From NCBI GenBank assembly GCA_028534125.1, contig CM052824.1, positions 60,202,001 through 60,266,000 on the forward strand: a DNA stretch of 64,000 nt, given 5' to 3'. The stretch comes from Lama glama. Its lineage: Eukaryota. Below the pieces are notes generated by a model that searched no databases, had not been told where the DNA came from, and worked only from the letters and a program-made list of their open reading frames with translations. Shown here piece after piece: positions 38,351-48,010 of this stretch; the first letter of the stretch is position 1, and every line of letters starts with the position of its first letter. The translations under genes were made by a program, and so were the position numbers.

Positions 38351-38419
38351 GCAGATCAGTCTCCCTCTGCCTGTGACACCACCCCCGACCTCAGGCTCCG
38401 CCAGTGACGCATGCTCCTC

Positions 38420-38940
38420 TCCCAGGATCGGCTGGAGCAGGGGAAGGCACGTTCCCGCCCCCAGCACATCCAGACCACAACAGCACAACAGGAGCCTATT
38501 TGTAGGGATGATTAAGGTGCCAAATCTGTCAGACGAGCCCTTGAAGGGAGCAGGGTTGTTCTGGCAGCAGAGGTTTGAAGCGTGAGAGACATCAGACACG
38601 CGGGACCGTCTTCCCTGCTGGCTGTGAGGATGGAGGGGGCCACATGGTGAGGACGCGACTGCAGCTTCTGGGAGCTGAGTGAGACAAGACCCTGGCAGCC
38701 AGCCAGCAAGGAAACAAAGGCCTTAGTCATGGAACCACAGGCAGCTGATTTCTGCCAATAACGGTGAGCCCCAAAGAGGATTCCAAGCTTCAGAAATGGA
38801 CCCAGTCCACCCGACACTTTGCCTACAGCCTTGTGCGACCCTGAGCAGAGACCGGTCAGGCTGTGCCGGATTCACGACCCGCAGAAGCTCTGAGATGATG
38901 GCTGGTCTTCAAAGCCACAAAGTGGCAGCGTAGGAGATGG
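38420..38940 (+). mobile_element. MaLR LTR, MLT1E/F-like
   Basis: gaggatggagggggccacatgg...ggagctgag...agccagcaaggaaac...ctgatttctgccaata...cagccttgtgcgaccctgagcagag...cagaagctctgagat. Confidence 0.8.
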
Positions 38941-39059
38941 AAAGTCTAGACTTTCCATCTCTGTTTACAACCGACTAGCTCCATGCCGACTTCATCCTCA
39001 TCCTTGCAGACTCACGGAGCAGGGGCCCCCTTGTACGGCCACTTGCTTCTGACAAGGAC

Positions 39060-40200
39060 AGAGACACAGAAGAGTAGGGAGAGGATGGTATTTTTCACCA
39101 GTTGTACTGGGTCGACTGGATAGTCAGTCAGCAAAACAATGACACTTGGCCATTACCTCCCACCACGTGAAAAACATGCACTCCAGGCGGAGAGAGCCCT
39201 AAATGTGAGAGGAAACCAGTGGGATGTCTGGAGAGAACCTCGTGAAAGGCGTTCACGACCTCGCCAGGCCGAGGCTCTGAGCAGGGCACCCAGAGTACTG
39301 ACCAGAAGAAGATTAATAAACAGAATGAAGTAAAATTGGGGAATTCCATCCCTTGCAAGACGTCCACGTGAGTGGGGCAGGAACTCTGCGGCAACATGAC
39401 TGGCCAACGGATGGCAGCCAGGACGGCGGGGAGCGAGCCCGTGTCGGGAAGACCCACAGGCAACCTGATGGACACGCGGGCGCGCCGTCGAGAGGACCTG
39501 CGTGAAGGCGGAGCGGCAGACGGCCGAGAAGCATGAAGCAGCCCCAGCCTCCTCCAGCTTCAGAAAAATGCAAACAGAGCCCACAGCCCGCTAGCTCGGC
39601 GCGGCTGAGCCGGGAAGACCAACGAGCTGCGTCTTGGCGAGCGTGGGGAGCAGCGGGGGTCGCCCCGTGCTGCCGGGGGACCGCGTTATAAGCCAAAGGC
39701 TCTGGGACCCCTGAGAGGAGACTGCACAACCAGCACACGCTCCGGGGCCAGCAGTCCGCCGCACGGTCGTACCCGGCGGGCACGGTGCACGGGTGTCACC
39801 GCCGTCACGGACAGGATTATCAGCAAAGACCTGTAATCCAAACACCGTCAAACTGGAAACACTCCATGTCAGACCAGATGGGTGAGTCACTCATTAAACA
39901 GGAAAACGCTCAAGGGGGTCAGGATGCACCAGCGATTGTTCCCAGTGAGAAACCGCGCGCCTGAGGCCCGTGGCAGCGTAACGAGCCGGGCAATGACTGC
40001 CTTCGGTCCCGAACGTGAGGTCGCGGTGGGAAGGACCCCAGGGGGCTGCTGGGGTTCCGGAATGTCATGTGCCTCCACCTGCGTGCTGGATGCATGAGTG
40101 TGCCCACTTCGGGAAAATTCACTCTCTGGCACACCTATGGCTTTTCATTTTTTCTGGTTGTGCGTTGTCTTCAAACAAAATGTTCATTAAAAAAAGACGC
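39060..40200 (+). mobile_element. L1ME-like ORF2 C-terminus and 3' UTR (GC-enriched), ending in an A-rich tail
   Basis: cagacggccgagaagcatgaag...agaaaaatgcaaa (compare caaatggccaataagcatatgaaaa...ggaaatgcaaa). The 3' UTR gggggctgctggggttccggaatg...gaaaattcac...ttttctg...ttcaaacaaaatgttcattaaaaaaa closes the element. Confidence 0.75.
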
Positions 40201-40204
40201 AGCA

Positions 40205-40920
40205 GGAAAAAGAACAATGCCAAAGCATTCCAATAGAAAATACGGCAGAGGGCATCAGGGACGTTCACAGAGGCAGTCACCCGAATGCCTGGACATCTAG
40301 CAGAGATGCTCAAAGTCACCAGCCACGAGGGAGCTGCTCATCAGAGCAGGGGGGACAGGCCCCCAGGACCTGGCCGGGCAAGGGCAGAGGCCTGCCGCCC
40401 CGTGCTGGTGCCCGCGGGCTCATGGCTGCGCTGGAGGCGCCGGGGCTGGGCAGCGCCTGCAAGCTCTTGGCAAGTGTCGTAGGTGAAGGTACCTGCCCAG
40501 CAGTCCCACCCCTACAAAGCTCACCTGTGGGCCACAAGGAATCGCTGCACGAAGATCTGTTTTGGCATCGTTCACAGCAGCAGGGCCTCGGAAGGGACCC
40601 GGATGCCGTCCCGGGAGACCAGGCGAGTGTGGCCGGAACTGCACAGCAGCCACACACGTAAGCACGGCCGTGTCCCTCGGGGACGCCGCCACCCCAACGG
40701 GCCCTTCAGGCAACGCGCCAAGCAGGGCTGAACGAGTGATGCCCAGCGGAGGGTGGGGACAGCCAAAGCCACGGTGAGAGATTCCGGTGGAAACAGAACG
40801 GGCTTGAGGGCTGTCCAAGTGACAAGTGGGACGAAGGTGGCGTCAGCGTGAGTGCGGGCCACTGGCACGTTATTCTCCACACTTTTTTCTACACTGGAAA
40901 GAGTCCATGGTTCTAAAAAA
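40205..40920 (+). mobile_element. Second L1ME-like ORF2-end/3' UTR fragment
   Basis: ccaatagaaaatacggcagagg..acgttcacagagg, cccagcagtcccacccctac and ttattctccacacttttttctacactggaaa..ctaaaaaa. Confidence 0.6.
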
Positions 40921-41987
40921 TCCTTTGAAGAAGCCATTGAAACGGGAACTAAGAGGTCTGCGAAAGAGCCACGACCCCCTTCTCCCGGGGGCCCTCCCTG
41001 CCCCGTCCGCCCTTCCCAGCCTCGCGGCAGCTGGTCCTCCAGTCTCCGCATCTGATGTCGCACCCGGGGCCCCAGCCCCCGCCAGCCTCTGGAACCCGTC
41101 CCCCAGGGGATGTGTCTCATGGGCCATCTTCCTCAGGGGCGTCTCGGGTCCCGAGAGAAACAGACCTGAGTTTTGACCCCAGCTCCACAAGTCACCGGCT
41201 CCTCGGCCTCCGTTGAACCCCAGGGTCCTCTCACTGCCGCACCCAGAGGGCGGCAAGTGCGCCGGCACGGGAAGGCTCCACGGGGGCTGCTGAGGCCCGC
41301 ACCTGCCAGCCCACTGGAGGGGCGATGGGCTAGCCAGAGCCAGGGTAGGGCCACCTGGGCCATGGTCATGGCGACACTGACTGTCCCCATTGTGACCCTG
41401 GGCGAGCCCTCTGCTGTCGGACGAACGAGGGTCTGGCAGCAGGACCCTGAAGCTCTCGGGATGCTGGGCCCAGGTTCCCACAGCCGGGGCCTCGGGGGAG
41501 AGGGTCACAGGATGGCCACCGCCCCGCTTGACCTGCATTTCCCTGGCCTGGGGCTCCGTGCAGGGCAGGAGAGGAATGGCTGGCCACCCCCGGTTAATGG
41601 CCCCTGACTCTCACTTCCCCGGGTGTTAAGCTCCCCCTCCTCTCGGCCCACTAATTATCTGGAGGTTTTCCAGAGCCCTGAGCCTGAGAAGCGATTTCTT
41701 GGGGGATTTGGTTTGGACGGGAGAGCCTTTCCTGCAGGAAGGGCCTGCAGGTGCCGGCCCCCAGCCCCAGACAGAGGACCCCTCCTTCACCTCACCTCTG
41801 TGCACGTGCAGAGTTTGCTCACTGACTTCCTGGTCCCCTGGCCTCCACTGGGCCACCCGCCACTGGCACAGGCCGCCCAGCCACCCCACAGCCTGTGCAC
41901 CAGCCCGGGAGTGTCCCGTGTGCACACTAGGCGGGGGGATTCTACGCGCCGCTGGACACTTAGTAGGAGCAGAGTGAGTACTAAGTA

Positions 41988-42050
41988 AGTGGGTAGGTGT
42001 GTGGACGGGTGGACAGATGGGTGGACGGATGAGTGGACGGGTGGACGGCA
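41988..42050. repeat. Short (GGAC/GGAT)n tetranucleotide repeat
   Basis: gtgggtaggtgtgtggacgggtggacagatgggtggacggatgagtggacgggtggacgg. Confidence 0.8.
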
Positions 42051-42539
42051 AAGTTGGATCCTACCTGAAGCTAAATGTTCCTCCTCAGACATTGGTGCTG
42101 ATAAACCCTCCCGACAGGTCCCTTGCGGTGTGTGGAGTGCCAGCGAACGGGAGTCCTCGCTGGCCAGGGAGCCGTGCTCATTTTAGCTTTTACAACAAAA
42201 ACTACGCTGTAGGGAACCTGAGGCGACGCGCAACGCTCGACAAGCCGGGTCGGGCGTGCTCTGGCCGGGGCCGGTGGCTCCGGGCCTGTCTGACGCCCAG
42301 CTGGGCGGATGGGGCAGGCAGGCAAGGGCCCCTCGGCACAGCCAGGAGACCGGCCCTTCCCAAGTCCCGAGAGGAGCTGGGAGCCCTGGGAGTGGCGTCT
42401 TTCTCTGAAAAAGCAGAAGGCACGGAACATGAGCGCCTTCTGTTCAGCGGGGCACCGGAGGCAGCGTGGCCGCCGGCAGCCCTGAGTCAGGAGGTTCCTC
42501 CCGCACCCGAAGACTCGGCCAAGACAGAAAAAGCGGAAG

Positions 42540-42810
42540 CCCTGGCGGGACGGCTGCAGTTCTAGCGCGGAGGCAGGGGTCCGCGGGCGTCGGCGCAGGG
42601 AGGCTGCCCGAGCGAGGCGAGGCCGTGTGCGGGACGGCGGCCCGGCCCCGCCAGGCTGCGCAGAGCCGGGGAGGGCGCGGCCCCGACGTCTGGAAAGGCC
42701 CGCAGCCCCGGCCGCGGAGGCGGCGGGCGCAGCGTCCCCCGGCGGCGGGGCGCCTGCGTGGCGGCCCCGGCCTCGCACCGCGGAGGTGTTCTGAGAGGCC
42801 GTCGCGGTCT
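42540..42810. promoter_or_regulatory. Small CpG-island-like segment
   Basis: Very high GC with dense CpG (gcgggcgtcggcgc, cggccgcggaggcggcgggcgcagcg) directly abutting an AT-rich motif-dense block. Confidence 0.55.
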
Positions 42811-43429
42811 TCGTGCAGAGTCTTAGTGAGTTTTGTATAAGCCAATAAAAAAAATAAAAGCCACTATTAAAGCGAACCCCTGGCACATACCTGGTTTCGA
42901 TCACATAGGAGCTGGCCTTTTGCACTGGAATTGGCTGCATCTGTTCCAATTAAGCCTTGCTTTTCAGCTTAAAGATATTAGCCCGATCGCTCGTGTTCTG
43001 TTTGGACATGAATAGTGCATTGTCTGCCCCGAGCAGCCCTGCAGCCGCGCAGACACCATTAAACGGCTTTGCGGCCCAATTAGAAGTGGAGGTGGGCTGG
43101 CGGTGGGGGCGGGGACTGACCACCAGGGCCAGGCGCTTCATGGACACAGGTTGAGGGGGGACGGCTAACGTGGACCATGTGTGGGACAGCGGGCTCCGGC
43201 AGGCACCCCTGGCGTTGTGGCAAGCGAAGACTCAGTCACGCATCTTGACGCGGGACGTGCCCTGGGCCTGACAAGGCAGGGAGTGGGCAGTCCCCGTGGG
43301 GCCTGATAAATGGATGTCTGCGCAGATGGTAGGACCCAGAGTTCTCGTGGCAGACCCACGGAGAGTTCATGCCCATGTCTGCCAGCCTCACACAACAAGA
43401 CCCCTCCACCCCTGGTGGCACAAGGACAT

Positions 43430-43570
43430 ACGTGCGCACGTCCACACGCACTCCTGCTCCCGTTCCCACCCACGCGCTCCCACTCACGTTCCCACACACG
43501 CACTCATGCTCCCGTTCCCACCCGCACACTCACAGACACGCCCATACACACTCTCACTCACACATACGAA
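43430..43570. repeat. CA-rich low-complexity tract
   Basis: ccacacgcactcctgctcccgttcccacccacgcg...ccacacacgcactcatgctcccgttcccacccgcacac; includes a duplicated ~35-bp unit cacacgcactc(c/a)tgctcccgttcccacc. Confidence 0.8.
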
Positions 43571-43717
43571 GCTGCAGTGCCACACCATCCCCTCTCCCAC
43601 CGCCTGTTACTAGCATGTTATTTTATGATTGGATTTTTTTTTCTGCTTAAATACCAGATCTAGGAAACACATCTGGGCAAACTGAAGGATTTGGTCAAGA
43701 GGAAAGTGTGTTTGGAA

Positions 43718-44058
43718 AGATGGATGGATGCATCAATGGATGGATGGAAGAAAGGATGTATGAATAGATGAATGGATGGATGAACCATGTATGAATGGAT
43801 GGATGAACCATGTATGTATGTATGGATAGTGGATGGATGGATGGATGGATGGACAGACTGAGGAAAGGAATGGACGGATGGCTTGCGTGGACGGATGGAC
43901 GGACGGATGGATAGTCTGCATGGACAGATGGACGGATGGATGAACGGACGGATGACTTGCATGGACGGATGGACAGACAGATGGCTTGCATGGATGGATG
44001 GATGGACGGATGGCTTGCGTGGACAGATGAACGGATAGATGGCTTGCGTGGACGGATG
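43718..44058. repeat. (GGAT)n microsatellite with higher-order 23-bp and 29-bp units
   Basis: gaatggatggatgaaccatgtat occurs twice. ggcttgc-type landmarks fall at 43880, 43913, 43954, 43983, 44012 and 44041. Confidence 0.92.
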
Positions 44059-45599
44059 AGGAGCTGCAAGGCAGGTGAGTGGAGCTATGTGACAGCAGAT
44101 ACTAGAAGCCAATGTAAGGGGGTGGGATTCTGAATACTTTCTGTCTCTCCCTCTTACTTCTCTAGATTTTCCACATTCTCTACAGTGAGCACCATTACTT
44201 CCATAATCTGACGTAAACAAAGACCCCAGCACTGGTCCTCTCGCTCCTGAAGCTGAGGGGAGCAGAATTCTGAGGCACCGAGACGCTGGCCCGTCCTGGC
44301 TCCTGGGTTTGAAACAGAGGGGCCTCTTTCTCCTCTGGCTTGGGTGGCCGCCGCTGTGACGTCAGCCCTGTGGCGGGTAACTCGAGAATCATGTTGGGAA
44401 GTGCTGGGACTGATTGATCACGCGTGCTGGTGTCCTCTCCCGGGGGCCTCGGGCCAGGCCTGATGGGCAGCTGGCCGTGTCTCTCACCAGCGCTCAGGCT
44501 GGGAGCAGCATCTTCACTCCGCGGGGCGGACGGAGCGTGGGGATCGCGTTTCAGATGAGCCCGGTGGGGCTGGCATCGGGGCACACATGCCGCGTCCGGG
44601 CCGGGGCCGCCCCACCCCTCCTCCAGCCGCCCCGGGTGGGCAGCAGCTGCTGCTGCTTCTCTACACAGGACAAGACAGACAGCAGGGACCACTGCGGGAG
44701 GCCGGCCTGGGCGTGCAGGGCAGCTGTGGCTGGACAGCTGGGTCAGGAGGTGGACGGGGTCCAGGCGGCCCTGTTAACACAGTCCTGTCTGTGTTTTCTG
44801 TCTGAGGCACGTCACAAGCAGGTGCCTTTGGGAGGCCCAGGCGTGCGGGCACTATCTGAGTAACTTCTCGAAGCCTCAGTGCTGAGGCTGCAAAATGGGG
44901 ACCCCGCCTGCCCCAGAGGGCGGTGTGGGAACAACACGAGAGGGCCACTGCACGCCTGGACCCAGGAAGGGACCGGCCAGGGGTCCTGCCTGTTCACCTT
45001 GGGTGCGACTCGGAGCTCCCATCTCTGGTGGGTTTCGGGGAGGTCCCACACCTGGCTGCAGATCCCCAGTAGGAAGGCTGTGCGGGACACCCCACCCCAT
45101 ATCATTTCTGTCCCCACACTGGGCAAGGTCCGTGCCCAGGAGAGGGGCCCCTCACGACGTGGGAGGGGTCCCTGCTGACATGCTCGGTTACTTTTTATCA
45201 GGGGTACACTCAAGACATGGGTCTCCCAGCTAGAACCACCCAGAACCTCTGATCACAGAGACCTCACGTGTCTGGAGCTGACAGAAGCCACTCAGCAGAC
45301 ACGCTGCCTGTCACCTCGGGAGCGCTGGGGCCAGCCCCTTCCGGGCGATGCCGGGGCCTGGTGCAGGCCTCCCACTGCCCAGAGCCCCGACTCCATCCAC
45401 CTCGGGGTCTCCAAGGCAACCGGCTGGCTGAGCCCAGGAGTCAGCCTCTAGTCTGATGCATCTTCTGAGCTCGCCGGGGAGGGTGGAGGGCCCATCACGG
45501 GCCCTTTGGGGTTTTTGAGCAACACCACCGGACACCGGGCCCTCGTGCTGACACCCACCAGGAAGCAGGTCTGACCGCCAGGCAGAAGGGCTGAGCGTG

Positions 45600-45735
45600 G
45601 ACCAGGTGCTCCTTCTAACCCTCATGACAACCCCTGGGGCCAGAAATTGTTCCTGTTCTCACTCCCACCAGGGGGACCTGGGGCTCAGAGAGGTGAGGCA
45701 GCCCGTCCAGAGTCACGCAGCTGTGAAGCAGCCTC
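45600..45735 (-). mobile_element. MIR SINE fragment
   Basis: taaccctcatgacaacccctgggg...ctggggctcagagaggtgaggcagcccgtccagagtcacgcagct matches the antisense MIR core. Confidence 0.6.
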
Positions 45736-47479
45736 GCGGGCCCGCTGTCCTCCCCGAACACACCCTCCCTGGCCTCTGGCGGAAAGGCCCGAGCCGGGCG
45801 CCGCGGCTCTGACGCCTGGCCAGCGAATGCAGGCACAAGCAGATGCTAAAGGCAAAAATCAGTTTATGATAAAACTGGCAGCTGGTTCAGGGCAAGACAA
45901 TTGCCTTTATGTTCAAGAGCAGTGAGGAGAAGGCGCTTATTCAAATCACTGCCTTACAACAACCCAAGGAGCTGTTTCCAGAAACTGTTCACTGTCTTTT
46001 CTCCTCCTGGAGAACTTCGCCTTCCCTGCGCCCCGCGTGTGCGGGCTGGGGCTGAGCGGCGCGTGCCCGCAGAGCACCCTGGGCCCCCTCTGGCGCCCTC
46101 AGCTCCCGCAGCACCCCCGACCCCGGGCCGAGCTGAGCGGGGGTCCCCAGGACTTTCCGAAGCCGTTGAAAGGTGAACTGGAGGCAGTTCCCTCCGTGGT
46201 GGGGGAGGTCGGCCGGGCCCCCCTCACCAAGGCAGTTAAAAAGTAAACACAGCCCCCAAACCACATTATATATGTTAAGCAAACACACGGCAGGCGGCGT
46301 GGATATTAGGTCATCTCTCATAAATATTAACACCGGAGTTTTCCAACGGGCACAATTAACGAAACAAAGATGCCTCTTCATTTGCAACCCCCTGTGCTTG
46401 CCGTCCCTGGAACAGGCCCAGCGGGGAGGGGAAAACCGAGCAACTCAGCCCAAAAAAAGGCTTCTCGGCGCTCCCGCGGAGGCCGCCAGTCAGGGTTGGC
46501 AGCGGTGGTCTCTCCAGAGCCGGGAGCTGGCTGCCCGAGGTGGGTGCCACGTCAGTGAGAAAGGGCAGGACGGGGCCCGGGGAGCAGCCCCTCCTGGCCC
46601 CGCACTCCTGCCCCCTCGCTGCCCCTCTCTGCAGGGCGTCCTCCCCAGCTCCCTGGGCCACCCCTCAGGGCAGGACCCGTGTGTGCCCCAGACAGGCGCT
46701 GACCCTCCAAAGCGCCTGGTGACGGCGCGCAGGACCTCACCTAGCTCCCGGCAGCAGCCGCACCCTGCAGCCTCTGTCTTCAGGGTCTGCTCGCTGCTGT
46801 CCACCTGCATGGGCCCTGGGTGTCGGAGAGGGTCCAGGCGCTCTGCCCTCAGGCTGCCAGCCCGCTGGCCCAAAGGCAGCCGGGACGGAGCAAAGGAGGC
46901 CGGTCTGCAGTGGCCACGTGGGCCGGTGCTGGATGCCAGGCCTGCTCTGATTCTCCAAATTTAGCCATCATGGCAGCCGCACCGGCAGCTTCTGCCCAGC
47001 TAGTCTGAGCAGACAGCGAAGAGAAAAGGACTCTGAAGTGAAGAAAACCTCACAGTAAAAGCTAAAAGCGTTTGCACAGTGTTAGCCGCACAGCTGGTGC
47101 AGGACCCCAGCAGGCCTCCTCGCCGGCAGACGGGGCCAAGGGAACATCCATCCAGGGGCCTCGCTGCCTCCAAGTGGGATGGCCCCCGAGGTCCCATCGA
47201 CCAGCACACATGGGCCGGGCCTGGCACCGCAGCCATGGGCACCGGCGCAGAACGAGGTGGATGGGGCCCAGGTTGCATCTGTGCCACCTGCCAGCCGGGT
47301 AACTGACCGTGGATCAGGTCCCGAAGTCCCTGTCCCCTGTTACCTGTTTACTTTTCATTTGAGAGGGTGGTTATAAAGGTTGATCATTTAGCACATGCTT
47401 AAAGAGAATGTGGCTGTAATCAGGAGGCTCCAAACAGGGACATGGGGACCTTTGACGAGCAGCCAACGAAGAGCCGTTT

Positions 47480-48010
47480 GGGAAAGCCGCGACGCGCACA
47501 GCAGCGCAGAAACGGAACAGTAAGGATGGCCGCAGCGTGCGTGTCTGAAACGATACAGGTGAGACGGCGGCGGAGATGGTCCAGGAAAAAACAGCTGTGA
47601 ACTCAGAGCCCGCATCCGGCGACGGCGCCTCTCCAACGCACCAGGGAGACAAAGCCTTTCCAGGCCCACAGCGCCCCTCGCCCGCTCGCGCTGCCAGGCA
47701 CGTTAAGGGGCTGCACAGTCGGCAGACAGAACGGGATGCTTCTCAAAATGACTTCTCGGAGTCAAGGAGCGCTCACCCCGGGTGGCTCTGCTTGTGCAAG
47801 ACTCTAGGAACGCCAGCTCTTCTGGCGGGTAGGACGCGGTTCCGCTCCCCGGGGCCGGGAGCTGGCGTGGAGGGGAGGCGATGGCGGGTGCGGGCAGCTT
47901 TCGGGCGATGGGTGTGTTCTGTCTTGACCGTGGTCGTGGTTTTGCAGTGTGTGCACGTGTCAGAACTTATCGGGGCGGGCTTTGAACAGTGCAGCCCCTC
48001 GGATGCCAAC
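47480..48010 (+). mobile_element. L1M (MC/MD-like) 3' end, GC-enriched
   Basis: ctttcgggcgatgggtgtgttctgtcttgaccgtggtcgtggttttgcagtgtgtgcacgtgtcagaacttatcg, compare the L1 3' UTR ggtgatggaaatgttctatatcttgattgtggtggtggttacac...tgtcaaaactcatcg. Confidence 0.7.

Noticed and set aside
27570-45680. CTCF-like matches (e.g. ccagcagaggggcg ~27578, ccaccagggggac ~45666)
   Set aside because: Imperfect, and such matches are frequent by chance at this GC content.
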